Source: Cladosporium halotolerans
Lineage: Eukaryota
Assembly (NCBI RefSeq): GCF_011745625.1
Contig: NW_027191467.1
Location: forward strand, 372,001-436,000
DNA: 64,000 nt
Direction of reading: 5' to 3'
A program made the position numbers and the translations under genes. Shown here in pieces: positions 11,660 through 24,210 of this stretch (position 1 is the stretch's first letter; every line of letters starts with the position of its first letter). A model generated the notes under the pieces. That model did no database searches. It worked only from the letters and a program-made list of their open reading frames with translations, and was not told where the DNA came from.

Positions 11660-13297
11660 ATGGCCGACGACCTCACCAGCCCGCCGGCCAGCACGCTGAG
11701 CTCGCCACTGCAGCGTCCGTCCTCGCCCTCGCTCAGCATCTCCCCCTCGCTTGCCCTCGATGCAGTCCCTACCCTTGATAGAGCCGTCTCGACTCCTACT
11801 TGCTCGACAATCAGCACCACATCCAACCGCTCCCGGCATTCGAGACTGTCGGATGGCTCAGCTACGGTCGTCAGAAGGAGGGGCTACATGCGGCCACAGG
11901 GCACCAACTTTGCCGACTCGGCGAAGAACAGAGACAGCGTCATGAGCCTGGGCAGCATCGCTCACATGCAATACTACTTCGCGCGAACGGGCTTGTTGGA
12001 CGGGAAAGGAGCACAGCTGGCGAAAGGAGACATGAAGAAGAAGAAAGAGGGTGAGAACGGCAAGGAGAATGCGGAGCCCTCGCCCACGCTGAGCGAGGAC
12101 TTTGGCGTCTCGTCGCTGAGCCTTGGTGACGGCTCGTCGTCGGGCTACGCGGTGTCCGACCCGGGCTGCGAGCGCAGCGTCGTCGAGAGCCCGACGGAGA
12201 TCTACGACCCTTCGGAGCCCTGGAGCAGCCCTGCTCCGCCTATGCTGCCGCCGACCGTGAGCACCTACAAGCTGAAGCCCTCCTACACCGAGCCCCTGCC
12301 GGACTTACCTGTTCTCCGCCGCGAGCTGAACGAAGCACTGCAAGACGCCTGCAAGGCGCTCGAGGAAGGCCAGAAGCAGACCCCGCCGTCGCCCGGCACG
12401 CCAACCACGCCAGGCGGCGAGGACGCCAACGCCGGCTACCACGAAGTCCAAGGCATGCACCTGCTCGACATCATGACGCTCGCCATCCGCGCGGCGAAAA
12501 ACTACTACACCGCGCACTCCGACCACGCGAAGCTCTACGCCATCAAGTCCGAGAAGGACCTGCGCGCGGACCTCTACCAGGTCCTCGACGTGCTCAAGCG
12601 CATGGCCAGCCGCAACTTCCGCGGCGGCATGCGCGTGCTCGAGCTCGCCGCCTTCCTCGCCTGGATCGAGAGCATCGACGCCCTGCTCAAGACGGAGCTG
12701 CAGACCGAGCAGCGCGAGGCCGCCGAGCGCGCGTCCTGGACCTGGCGCGACGGCGACTGGAGCGGCCGCGAGCGCGAGCGCGAGTGGGCGTTCCTGAACT
12801 CTTTCGACCCGGCTGCGTCCACGGACCCTTTGCCCCAGTGGCCCGAAGCGAGCCCCGAGCAAGCCGATGCCGCCGCGGTGGACATCCCCAGCGACTTCCT
12901 CCTCGCGCTGCAAGACGGGCAGCGGCTGATCCAGCTGCACAACGCGCTCGTGGCGCGCTCGAAGCGCAAGTTCGGCGCGATCAAGAGCTGGCACGCGGAC
13001 GTCGCGAAGCCCTACCGCCGCGCGGAGAACCTGCGCTACTGGGCCAAGGCCGCGGAGCTGCGGTTCGACGTGCGCCTGGAGCTGCCGGTGCAGGACGTCG
13101 TGCACGGCGAGGCGTGGCGGGCGTTCGACGTGGCGGTGCTGAGGTGGTGTCGGGCGGTGAGGGGGGAGCTGCTGGAGGAGTGGGAGGCGGAGGAGAGGAG
13201 GGTGAAGCCGCCGAAGTTGAGGTTTGAGGAGGAGGTTGTGGGCGAGGGGGAGGGGGAGGTGGGGAGGAGGTTTGAGGAGGCGTTGGCGGCGGAGTGA
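11660..13297 (+). CDS. Fungal hypothetical protein with a calponin-homology-like C-terminal segment
   Basis: 545-aa intronless ORF with strong codon bias; C-terminal LQDGQRLIQLHN..PYRRAENLRYWAKAA resembles the CH-domain pattern. Confidence 0.75.
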   Translation: MADDLTSPPASTLSSPLQRPSSPSLSISPSLALDAVPTLDRAVSTPTCSTISTTSNRSRHSRLSDGSATVVRRRGYMRPQGTNFADSAKNRDSVMSLGSIAHMQYYFARTGLLDGKGAQLAKGDMKKKKEGENGKENAEPSPTLSEDFGVSSLSLGDGSSSGYAVSDPGCERSVVESPTEIYDPSEPWSSPAPPMLPPTVSTYKLKPSYTEPLPDLPVLRRELNEALQDACKALEEGQKQTPPSPGTPTTPGGEDANAGYHEVQGMHLLDIMTLAIRAAKNYYTAHSDHAKLYAIKSEKDLRADLYQVLDVLKRMASRNFRGGMRVLELAAFLAWIESIDALLKTELQTEQREAAERASWTWRDGDWSGREREREWAFLNSFDPAASTDPLPQWPEASPEQADAAAVDIPSDFLLALQDGQRLIQLHNALVARSKRKFGAIKSWHADVAKPYRRAENLRYWAKAAELRFDVRLELPVQDVVHGEAWRAFDVAVLRWCRAVRGELLEEWEAEERRVKPPKLRFEEEVVGEGEGEVGRRFEEALAAE

Positions 13298-13315
13298 TGG
13301 GGCGGGTGCGGGTGG

Positions 13316-13338
13316 CTGCCTGCCTGCCTGCCTGCCTG
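13316..13338 (+). repeat. (TGCC)n microsatellite in 3' region
   Basis: About five tandem TGCC units directly visible. Confidence 0.8.
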
Positions 13339-14337
13339 TCTGGTTGTTTGTTTGTGTTTCTTTTTCTCTTTTTGGCGAGAGGCGGTTCGGCTGCGGAAGG
13401 GAGAGACCGGCCGAGCCGGACCATTGCAGGCCTCACTCACTTTATTTCTTTTTTGTGTTTATCTCGTAGATACCCCGGGCTGTCGGGCAGCTTTGATTAC
13501 CTTGAGGAGGCGAGGTAGACGGAGGCCTTTTTAGTGCTCATGTATTGTTGTTTGCCAGGATCGTCACCAGAAGGAATAGAACCAATGCCTAGCTACTGTA
13601 GGTGAAGGCAATAATATGACAGGTCGAGCCAAAACACGCCCTCGAAAGCCAAAATCCCACCTCGACCAACCCCATCGCAGCTTCACGGCCGCCCCGCACG
13701 TGAGTTCGGAAAGCCAAACACGTCAACAAAAGCGCTGCGACGCGCTAGAAGGCGTCGGATCTGCGACAGGGCGCTCGCCGCTACTGAACAGGACACCACG
13801 CTACGCCGCGCTAGCTCCGCCCGTTTGCTCGCGCCGCCCGGGGTCGCCCTCGTCGTCGACTGTGCTGTGCTGTGCTGGCTGGGCCGGCCTAACGTAGGTA
13901 GCGGGCCCTTTCATTTCGATTGGGAGAGGCCGAAGACACTTGGAACTGCCACACCCTTACCTCGGAGAGAGAGAGTGTGTGCGTGCCCGCTTGCTGCGTG
14001 CGCCGGCTGCTGCTGTGAGTCGTGACGCGCGCCGGGACCCGACAGCATTCTGTATGTACACAACCCCAAGTACGGTACCCACTCCCGTCCCGCCTTGTGT
14101 GTGTATCATCCCGAGCCGAAGGGCTGGCTGGCTGGCTGTTTTGGCGACACACACCTTACCTAGTGTACCTCACGCACTACCCGGCTCTGCGACGTCCGAG
14201 TGAGTCCCCCAGCTGCTGCTGCCTCTCGCGCGCTCTCTCTCTCTCCCTACTCTATGTTGCATTGTCGGCTCCTGCCTGCTGTGCACCACCTGCTTCTTTC
14301 CTGATGCCTGGCGAGGCACTTGCTGATTATGGCGCTA

Positions 14338-17300
14338 TGGCAGACTCAATCACCAATCCCAGCTCATACTCCAATCGCAACACCGCAACAACGACCACGG
14401 TTCCACATCACCCGCCGACCACCTCACACATCTTACCGAACCACAACACCACCGACCAATCCTCAACACACCCCCGCAGCAGCAAACCCACGACCCGCAT
14501 CTCCCCCGGCCTAGCCCTCCGCCTGCAGCGCCTCGACGAGCAAACCCGCCGCCTGCTCGCCAAGCACTGGCGCACCGCCGCCGACTTCGACATCGGCCGC
14601 ATCCCGCCCGCGCAGCTCGCCGAGCTCGAGCAGCGCCTGCTGCGCGACGACGAGGAGCGGCGCGCCGGCGTGCGCGCCTCACCAACCACAACAACAACTA
14701 GCACCACCATGCCCTCCGGCCGAGGAGGAGGCGCGCGCTTGAGCGGCGGGCCCGCGCTGTCGGAGACGGAGCTCTCGTCCGTCCTGGAGAGCGATATCAA
14801 TTCCTCGCCGATTAGTCTGGGCACGAGGCTGGTGCCGTCGGATTCGGAGGAGGACCGTTGCGATGCGTTCGTGGACGAGAGGAAGTACCGCTTGCCGGAG
14901 GTGGGCAAGACGCGGCTGCACTTGAGGACCAAGGAGCCGCTGAGCCCGAGCCCGGCGCCGGGGCTGGCGAGGGCGGATTCGAGGAGGGGGAGTCTGGGCA
15001 GTGGGCCTGTTACGCCGAGGGAGGAGGGGAGGAGGAGTGTTGCGGCGGAGAGTGACGGGATGGAGGACTCGCCGAGAGAGAACAGCGGCTGGGCGAACAA
15101 CGACAACGGCAGCAGCGAGAATGTCAGCGCGAGCGAGAGCGACTGGGTCGGCGCCGGGCTGTCGCGCGCGGGTTCGGTGTATTCGCTGGGGAGGGCGAGT
15201 TTCACCGGCCAGCTGTCGCAGCTGACGGCCATGAAGTTGCCAGAAGCGGACTCGCTGGCGCGCCGGATATCTTCAATCCCGACATCGACGGAGGCCGCGC
15301 GCGCGTTGGCGGACGCCACGGAGCAGATCATGCTGTGGATCGGCAAGGCGTCGGAGGCGCTGGGCGGGCTGAACGCGGAGGACGACGTGGACTGGGCGGC
15401 GGCGGGAGGGAGGGAGGGGATCGAGGATGTGGACGGGGCGATCGGGCGGTTCGAGAAGCTGGTGCAGGTGTACATCGTTGCGATCGAGAAGCTGCAGACG
15501 CGGGACGACGTCTCGCTCCTCTCGGCCGACGAGCTGAACGGCAGCGTCAAGCAGCTCGAGGGCGTACTCGTCGCGTGGCAGAAGATCAAGAGCACGCTCA
15601 AGGGCATCAAGCAGCAGGTCGAGATCGCCATGGAGTGGGAGGAGCTGTGGAGCAGCGTGCTGGGCGAGATCGCGCAGGAGATGGAGTCGCTCAACGGGCT
15701 GGTCTTCGAGATGGAGGAGAAGCGGCACGAGGGCGCCGAGAGCCTGCTGGCGAGCAAGGAGAACCTGGATCTCAGCGAGCTGGAGACGATCGTGGAGGAG
15801 AGGCCTGGGCAGGGGAAGAAGATCGGACGACTCGGTGTGCTTCCGCCTTTTTCGCCCAGCTCGCCGCTGCAGCCGTCGGAGCAGGCGGATTCGAAGGAGG
15901 ATGCTTCGTTGCTTGCGCTTTTCGCGAGGATGCAGCCGTTGAGGGCTTCTCTGGACTTTCTCCCTATGCGATTGTCGACGTTTCACATCCGCGGAAACGC
16001 TGTTTTCCCCTCCGCCTGCGAGGATCTGGAGAAAAGAAGAGATCAATTGGAGGAGCAATGGAAGAAGCTAGAGGACGACTCTGAAGCTCTGCGTCGGGAA
16101 CTCGGTGAAGACAGATGGGTTCTCGTTTTCCGCAATGCTGGACGGCAGGCTTTGAAGATGTGCGAGTCTATCGCACGCAGCTTCGTCAAACTCAAGGAAG
16201 GGATCGACACGGGTGAGCACCAATTCAACATCACGGCGTTGAACAAGAAGATCGAGAGCTACGAGGTGAAGGTGCAACATTACGGACCTGCGATCGAGCG
16301 GGTTCTTGCCATCATCGACAAAGGCGTGCTGGACAGGCTGACGGTGAATGGAGAGATCCTGCGATTGCAGTCCGACATGAAGCGGAGGTGGTCATCCTTG
16401 CAGGACGACATCAAGGATATGGAGCTTGTCTTGAACGATATCAATCGTGAGGCACGAGAGCGACAGCTCCGCGACTCCGTCTCTACAGTCGTCTCCAGCG
16501 AACGATCGATCGGCAGCAGCCTCCTCGACACCCCCGGCAGTTCACCAGCTAGCAGCGTCGCCAACATGAGCCGGAAGAGCAGCTTCCAAGGCTCAAGCAC
16601 ACCGACACCTCTCAGCAACACCAAGACACGCAAAGCCGCCTTCACTCCAGTCTCCTTCGGCAGATCCACAAGCCGCATCCCCTCATCCTCCTCATCTGCT
16701 CCGCGACGAACTCCCCTCTCCCACTTCGACCTCCGCTCCAGCCCCTCGCCTTCACCCTCTATCGCAATCACACCACCCTCCTCCTCAACCTCAACCCTAA
16801 CCTGGGCCTCCCGCACCCAACCTCAACCCGACAACCGCCCCCGCTGGAGCTCCGTCGGCAAACCCCTTTCGCGCGACTTCGCCCCTCTCTCCAAATACGA
16901 ACCCTCCCCCTACGCCAAAGCCCCCATCACCCCCAAACCCTACATCCCCAAACCCGCCCTCTCCGGCCGCCGAACGCCCCAGACAACCTCCCGCATCGTC
17001 TCCGAGCCCTCCCCAGCAACCTACACGCGCCCGCCCTCCGCCGCGTTCTCGCGGAACGAAACCCCCGCTTCGCGCAAATCCTCCCTCCCCGTCCCCGCCA
17101 CGCCCACCAGCGCTGCCGGGACCGGAAGGCCCGAGAGCGCTTTCGCCCACCGCCGTCCGCCGTCTAGCTTGCGTGCTCCGGAGGCGAATGGCCGCTTGCG
17201 GAGGAGCAGTATGCTGCCGGTGCCGCCTTCGTTTCGCGACGGGAATGACGCGGATTCGGAGGCGCCGGCGGTTGCGCGGAGGCCGCCGAGCGCCCTGGCG

Positions 17301-17411
17301 TGGAGGCGGACGCCGAGCGCGATGGGTGGGAGGAGGAGTAGTGCTTTGCCGGCGAGGGCGGGGGGTCGGTTGGATGATGGGGGTGGGGAGGGGAGGCCGC
17401 GGTGGCGGTAG
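14338..17411 (+). CDS. KAR9: KAR9-family karyogamy/spindle-positioning protein; start codon uncertain (14338 or 14709)
   Basis: Long intronless ORF with a helical core (WAAAGGREG..EIAMEWEELW..LLALFARMQPLRASLDFLP..EDRWVLVFR) and a basic Ser/Pro-rich tail containing SRIP (SxIP-type EB1 motif). Confidence 0.85.
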
Positions 17412-17802
17412 GTCGGTCGGGTGGGATGGTCGAGCGGAGATGGGGAAGTTTTTCGTATTGCGTGTCTTTCGATTTTGGCTTTTGGCGTTCTTTGATCGAT
17501 TGGGCTGGGCAAGCATCGGGTACAGAGCGTGGGACTTTCGTTCGGGGAGCGATGTGCGTTTTGGGCGTTTTTTTAGGCGACGGATTAGTTTGCTTGCTTG
17601 CTGGGGCATGGGACTGACAAACAGGGTTTTACATGGCATTCTCAAGGTAGCTTTGCTCTCGGGTGATTTTTTGTAGGATTAGAAGGGCGGATACCTTATC
17701 GGGCGAGCATACGTTTGGGCTTGATAGAGGAACTGGCGGTGCATTGAGATTTGCTTGAAAGGATTGAGAGAATAAACCATACCTATCCCTTCCACTCGCA
17801 AT

Positions 17803-19800
17803 TCATCGCGCTCCCGGCAAAACCCGCTGCAGCGTCCGACAAATCCACGCCCGTTTCACGTAGCCCGTTATGACCGCCGCCGTCACGATCAACACCACCC
17901 CGAGCACTTCCAGGCACACCCACAGCGGCTGATCGGAGCCGTTCAGCTCTTTAAGGTTCATACCGAAGATGCTGGCCACGAATGACAGCGGCACGTACAC
18001 GGCCGCGAGGACTGTGAGGATGTTCGCGCGCTCGTTGCCTTGCAAGGCTAGCGAGGCGAGGAGCAGGTTTAGGGAGTCGGTAAGGAAGGTTTGCAGCGCG
18101 GTGGCGTCTTCGGCGAGTTGCGAGAGGTAGTCGAGGGGTGTTATGTCGGGACGCCCTGGCCAGTCTGAGGCGTTGAGGAAGTAGTCTTGCAGGGTGGCTG
18201 GGGCGTGTCGGTTGGTTTGCTGGACGGAAGATTTGAGGTATTCGATGTCTTCGCGCAGCGTGTGGAGTTTGCGGTCTGTGTCGGACTGTGGGTTTTTGTT
18301 GTGGCTGAAACTGATGCGCTTGACTTCTTTGTCGAGGTGGCGCATGTTGTGTGTCCACAGGACATCTGCTAGCATGTAGACTAGGGGGTGAGGCCTGATC
18401 GCCGACAGTATCTCGTTGCCGGCGAAATTGGTTGGCGCGAAGATGTAGTCGAGAAACCATCCATGGCTCAGTGCTTGCTTGAGAGAGTCGAAAGGGCTGA
18501 AAATCTGACCTTCCCTGTCCATTCTTCCTGGCAGTGTCACACCTGACTTGCTGGCAGAGTAGTATAGACGCGTGCATGGACGGTGCTGTCCAACGTGGCT
18601 GTTCACTTCGCTATTGTTCGGAAGATTGAGCGAGCTTTCGACGAGGAATAAGTCTGAAGATGCTGGTCAGGTCATACCTGTTCGAGAAACAACTTCGAGG
18701 CTTACAGAAATGTTTGCTGGCGCGAAAATATGAAACACGCATTGTGCGCTTTTCCGCTGCTGGATCAAAGCCGTCCAAAGTCCACCATGACCGGTAGTCT
18801 ACGCCCCGATCCTGAGGTTCATTCGGCCAACGCCATGTATGAGTGCTTGCAACGTCTGGCTCCGATCTGGAGTGCTATCGAAAGAATTCATTTTCTACTG
18901 TTAAGACATTCGATATAGGCTTAATCCAATCACCAGGTATGCTCTGAATGACGCAGCAGATGCGGGCGCCTTGATTTGTATAGCGTCTGATGTGGGTTAT
19001 CAATCGGTCGATCGTCCAGGACTTCTCTATCGCGTTTGGCGGTTGCGATACGTGGACCCTACAACGACGTATCTCCTGCGTCCGATAGTCGTTCATTGGA
19101 TGTTATTCCAGCAGGGACACCAGATCGCCGTTTTTTCACCGGCATCCGTTCGATTTGCTCACGTCGAATGTCAGACGAATTTCGACTTACTGCGCTGATG
19201 AAGAGGAGTCCAGGCGAACAGCGTGATGCGACCTGAATGAAAGACGACATGACATCGACCGCGCTCGGCTGCACATAGTGGTTGAAGCTTCCCTCATCAT
19301 CGTATTTCACCGTCCGAATACTGTAACGCGCATGCATGTTAGCTGCCGACATATATGTAGCAAATCTCTGGAATGTTCTCGATTGGCTCGCTTCGATCGC
19401 TTGCTTCAAGCGAGGAACGTGACCGGTGAGGCAAGCAGCCAGTGTAGAGGATCCTCTTCAACTTTGCAGCGGCCTATTGAATCTAGTCATCTATGGTGTA
19501 TGTGGTCCGCAAAGGACATGACGAGGCTGAACTCTCGGTAGTAACATAGATTGTGGTTGACGAAGTGGAGCTCCACCCTGGTGCGACGGCACTCAGATAC
19601 ATACTTCACTCAAGCTTGTCCAGACAGAAGGAACATGTCCTCTTGAGGGAATTCAGACGATTTTGCCGCAGGCGAAGGAAGGAAAGGCAGTGTCGCACTA
19701 CGTCCTGTTCAAACGGCGTTTGAAGTCCCTGCTGACCGCAATAGGAAAGGCACTGATTGCACCAAGTCAGAAGCTCAGGGCAGACGACGGACTGGTCCAT
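17803..19800 (-). pseudogene. Degenerate gene for a fungal CorA-like (GMN) membrane protein
   Basis: 3' exon encodes ILTVLAAVYVPLSFVASIFGMN plus a second TM; upstream exon has in-frame TAG (18875-18877) and further stops near 19100-19140; 5' boundary uncertain. Confidence 0.6.
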
Positions 19801-20154
19801 GTGCGCTGCCGTGCGGCAATAGTCTGCTGATCATAGATGAGTCTCAAACACTGTCGAATTGTTTTCGCCGTGTCGCTGGTATTGCGGCGATGCGGTCTTG
19901 CGACCCGAAGTCACCCGCGTTCCGGCATGTATCCGCCTCCGGCTGTTCACTTCACGTGGTGCGCGGGTGAGATCAATTGATCTCTCAAGTGAAGTTTCAA
20001 CTCGGCGATGGAGAATGCTTCTGAGGTCAAACATGCATACTGTTCCCATTGAAGAAGGCACATGCATGAACTTGTCCACGGTGCTCCCTTTCTGCTGCAT
20101 GGCGCTGATTTGTGAGAGTGAGGGAGCTCTCTCGCGGCGTGCATGGTGACTAAG

Positions 20155-20167
20155 CGGATATTTGCGG
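20155..20167 (+). promoter_or_regulatory. CGG(N7)CGG alternative oxidase induction motif (AOD2/AOD5-type site)
   Basis: CGGatatttgCGG about 345 bp upstream of the AOX ATG. Confidence 0.6.
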
Positions 20168-20509
20168 CGACAGCGGCTCGGAGGCGGATGTGGCTGGCCA
20201 CGCCGACTTCAGCTCGACCTCTCGTCAGCCTCGTGCCGCCGATTGCTCCCACATGGGTGCCTCTGTTTGGAGGTGTGCCACCGAGCTGGCGGCGGCGCCT
20301 TTTCGTGGCAGAGTCATCACCGTAATCAGAAAATATCACTCCCGCGCCGGCTGAGCAAGTATCATTCCGTGTCCTGCTTTAAGTAAGGGCGGCTGCAGTC
20401 TCACGTTGTTTCCTTTGTCCATTCTCACCAAACCCTGTCAACACCTTTCACATCATACTGCTGACCTACATCCACATCTTACAACCCAACTACGACACAT
20501 CACACCCAA

Positions 20510-21580
20510 ATGAGTTGCACTCGAGCTATCGGAGCAAACACGATCCTGACCAGGCAGTCCGCTGCCTCGGTCCTCAAGAGCATCAATGGCTCTCACGTCG
20601 CCATCAGGGCAACCAAGCCCGGCCTCGCCTATGCGCAGCAGATCTCGTTACTACGCAGACAATTCAGCACTACGCGTCCAACGGCAATGAAGGAGTTCTT
20701 CCCGGAACCAGAGGCGCCACATATCCGCACTACCGAAGCAGCATGGGCCCACCCAGTCTACACCGAAGACCAGATGAAGTCCGTCGTCGTCGCCCACCGC
20801 GAAGCGAAGACGATGTCCGACAAAGTCGCCCTCGCCATGGTCCGCGTGCTACGCTTCGGCCTTGACGTCGCAACCGGCTACAGCCACAATAAAGCCGCAA
20901 AACTAAGCAGCAAGGACCCCGCCGCAGCTGCGCAAAAATACGGCATGACAGCCCGCAAATACATGATCCGCAACATCTTTCTCGAATCCGTCGCCGGCGT
21001 GCCGGGCATGGTGGCGGGCATGCTGCGCCACCTGCACAGCATGCGGCGCATGAAGCGCGACAACGGCTGGATCGAGACCCTGCTCGAGGAGTCGTACAAC
21101 GAGCGCATGCACCTGCTGACCTTCCTCAAGATGGCCGAGCCCGGGCCCTTCATGCGCCTAATGGTCCTCGGCGCCCAGGGCGTCTTCTTCAACGCCATGT
21201 TCGTCTCCTACCTGCTCTCGCCGCGCACCTGCCACCGCTTTGTCGGGTACCTCGAGGAGGAGGCGGTGCTGACGTACACGCGCGAGATTGCGGATCTGGA
21301 CGCTGGGCGCCTGCCGGAGTGGGAGAATATGAGCGCGCCGGATATTGCGGTCAAGTACTGGAGTATGCCTGAGGGCAAGCGCACGATGCGCGATCTGCTG
21401 CTGTACATTCGTGCGGATGAGAGCAAGCATCGCGAGGTCAATCACACGCTGGGCAATTTGGACCAGAAGAACGATCCGAACCCGTACGCGAGCAAGTACA
21501 AGGAGGAGGACAAGCCGCATCCGACCAAGGGCATTGAGCACAACAAGCCTGGCGGATGGGATAGGGAGGACTGCATCTGA
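20510..21580 (+). CDS. AOX: Alternative oxidase, mitochondrial
   Basis: [35 protein letters not shown] and [12 protein letters not shown] diiron motifs; presequence present; intronless. Confidence 0.98.
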   Translation: MSCTRAIGANTILTRQSAASVLKSINGSHVAIRATKPGLAYAQQISLLRRQFSTTRPTAMKEFFPEPEAPHIRTTEAAWAHPVYTEDQMKSVVVAHREAKTMSDKVALAMVRVLRFGLDVATGYSHNKAAKLSSKDPAAAAQKYGMTARKYMIRNIFLESVAGVPGMVAGMLRHLHSMRRMKRDNGWIETLLEESYNERMHLLTFLKMAEPGPFMRLMVLGAQGVFFNAMFVSYLLSPRTCHRFVGYLEEEAVLTYTREIADLDAGRLPEWENMSAPDIAVKYWSMPEGKRTMRDLLLYIRADESKHREVNHTLGNLDQKNDPNPYASKYKEEDKPHPTKGIEHNKPGGWDREDCI

Positions 21581-21821
21581 GGGATGGGGTGTGAGTGAGG
21601 GGCTGATAAATCAATGGGCGAGATGGAGGCGGCTGGTTTCTCTCTACTTCTGACTTTTGAGGCGTTCAATGGGTGGGCTTCTTGGGCTAGCGTGGCGTTC
21701 GGGAAAGCGAGGGGCTCTGCGCCTCGCCGCGAGCGCAAATGCACTTCTTCCATTGGTAATCGATCGATACCACGATCCATGATCATCGCAGGCAATTGCC
21801 ACTGTACAACCTCGAGACTCA

Positions 21822-22922
21822 TCAATCACTCCCATCATCCCCACTATCCCCAAAATCCACCAACCCCTTCGGCAACAACCTCCCACCCGGCCTCTTACTC
21901 CCCTCCTCCACCTTCTCTTCCTCCCCATCCTCATCACCACTCCCCACCTCCTCTCTCAAATTAACTTCCTTCTTCGCCCTCCTCCCCCGTCCCCCCGTCC
22001 CAAACTTCTCCTCAAAATCCCTCGCAGCCTCCAAATCCGCCTCCAGCTCCCGCGCCTCTTTGATCGCCCGCGCTTTCTCCGCGCTGAACCGCCCCGTCAT
22101 CCCCACGTCGGAGAGCATGGATTTGAGGTGCGAGATTTTGGCTTTGGGCGTGGCGTAGGGCGCGAGCTCGCGGTGCCAGAGCTTGCGGATGCCGCATTTG
22201 AGGAGCTGGGATTGGAGGCGTTTGATCTCTTCGTCGTCCGGTGAGAGATCTTTGCTTTTGGAGGGTTTGGTGGTGGGTTTGGTGGTGGTGTTGGGGGAGG
22301 TGGACTTTTTGGGGCCTCTTTTCTTTTTGGGCGGTTCGTCGATTAGGGAGGACATGTCAGAGTCGTTCGCTTCGTCATCGTCGGCGGCGGGGGTTTGGCC
22401 GTTGGGTTTGGAGGCTTCGGGCTCGTCATCATCTTGGTCGGTTGGGGTGGGCTTGGTGGTGGGTTCGTCGTCTTGTTCTTCGTCTGAGTTGACGACGGGC
22501 GATTTGCGCGCGGAGGCCTTGGGTTTGGGCTTCGACTTGGGCTTTGCCTTTGCTTTGGGCTTCTCTTCCTCCTCTTCCTCCTGGTCTGACTCAATTACCG
22601 GACTCTGTTTTGCCTTCTTTTTCGGCTTCTCAGCGGGCTCCTCGGATTTTCTCTTGCGACCCGCCTTTGGCTTCTCTTTCACCGGCGACTCGGGCTCCTC
22701 GACCGCGGCACTGATGATCTCCTTACTCCGGTCCTTCCATGTGTCTCCTTTCAGAAAGCCTTCGTCCAGACCGAGTTCCTCTTCTGCGCGTGTTCGCGCG
22801 ATCCTGACCGTGATTTCCTGCCCATCCTTGATCGCATCGCGTACAATCCGTCGCAGGGTGGATTCGATGGTCGCGTCGTTAAGAGGCGCGTTCGGCGCGT
22901 CTGACAACTCCGAATCGGACAT
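21822..22922 (-). CDS. HIRIP3-like acidic/basic nuclear protein (putative histone chaperone)
   Basis: N-terminal helical DEK-C-like segment, low-complexity K/E/D/S middle, C-terminal EIKRLQ..L.KCGIRKLW..EL..GMTGRFS.EKA..IKE.REL. Confidence 0.7.
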   Translation of the reverse strand: MSDSELSDAPNAPLNDATIESTLRRIVRDAIKDGQEITVRIARTRAEEELGLDEGFLKGDTWKDRSKEIISAAVEEPESPVKEKPKAGRKRKSEEPAEKPKKKAKQSPVIESDQEEEEEEKPKAKAKPKSKPKPKASARKSPVVNSDEEQDDEPTTKPTPTDQDDDEPEASKPNGQTPAADDDEANDSDMSSLIDEPPKKKRGPKKSTSPNTTTKPTTKPSKSKDLSPDDEEIKRLQSQLLKCGIRKLWHRELAPYATPKAKISHLKSMLSDVGMTGRFSAEKARAIKEARELEADLEAARDFEEKFGTGGRGRRAKKEVNLREEVGSGDEDGEEEKVEEGSKRPGGRLLPKGLVDFGDSGDDGSD

Positions 22923-24210
22923 TTTGATATGTTCGCCGCCCAATGTAGTTTGACACGTGAAAGTCGAGGACGCGTCTTGCCAGAGCTTGGATCAGCAGGC
23001 GTGTGGTACGGCAGGCTAGGCAGATTGGCGCATGGCGGGCGAGGACACGCGAGTTGCTAGCCTCGCCCTCCCCCGCACGGTTGCGGTTCCTGCTCCGCGA
23101 GGCGCTTTTGGCTTTTGCCCAAGCCCGAACGTCACCTGCGGGCGAAACGGCTGGAGAGAGCCGCAGAGGCAGGGTGGAGAGCATACTGCCACCTGCCTAT
23201 CTGCCTATACTACTCGCGTACACCCATAGACAACTCCTATCTCCTCCGCCCAAGCCATTGCTGCCTCACACCACCCGCCCACCGCTGCTCGCCAATCGCG
23301 CTCGAGCCGCCGGATTTTTATCGCACGGGCGCGAATCTGTCGTCACAAACGTCCAAGCCTTGCGTAACAGAGCATCACCCGCGACGAGCCCCAAGCACCG
23401 CGCCGAATCTTCCACCACCTCCACCGCCCACAGGCGCCCGCCCGCGATTGCACAAGAGTGTCGCATTCCCCACGCTGCTCACCTCGCCATCATTGCGTAT
23501 GAGTGTGCTAGTGAAGAGCTCTTTTGTCCTGCGCCATCCCACCCAACGCTTTCCCAGCGCCCAGCTCCGGTCCGAATAGACGCACGCCTCACTCCCACTC
23601 CCCGCCGACTTGTCACACCACTCTCGCACACCTCATCTTGCTGGCGCATCCCCATAGCAAAGGCTTAGGAACAATAGAGCTCGAATAGTCCAGTGTTCCA
23701 TTGCTCACCGAGAAACACAACCGGCGAGACACCACCGCCGGCGCAGGACTGCCCCGCGTTTTCGAGACGAGGGCAAACGCCGCACGAGAAAGAGTGAACA
23801 ACAACACGGAAGGCACGTGAAGTGTACCTGCCAACTTCGCGCGCAAGCTGTGCGACGCGCCAATTGACCGACGCCCACATGTGAGTTTGCCAACTTCTTT
23901 TCACTGCGCAACCTTCCCAAACCACCTCACATATACCCGCCCTGCACACCCTTGTCTTTACCCTCGACCTACCACCATCCTGAAGATTCGCTTCTACCCT
24001 TCTACAAATCCCCACTCTCCTGCACGACTTCGCCCGCCATGATCGGGCAAAACGACAGGCTCGCCATTACCTCGAGCAAGAGCGCGCCTGACCTTCGCTC
24101 GGAGGGCGGCCGTGGCTGGTTGGGTACTGTAGCCTACCTATAAATAACGACCCTCCACATATTGAGCAACCCGGTTCTTCTGGCTGACCGTGAATGCCAC
24201 AGATCTCATC

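Noticed and set aside
14408..15757. 449-aa minus-strand ORF, and similar long antisense ORFs over HIS7, TPS1, CPT1 and the Zn2Cys6 gene
   Set aside because: Shadow ORFs of GC-rich coding sequence on the opposite strand; no recognisable motifs
23003..23668. 221-aa ORF between the HIRIP3-like gene and TPS1
   Set aside because: Non-ATG start, no motifs, composition typical of GC-rich promoter or leader DNA
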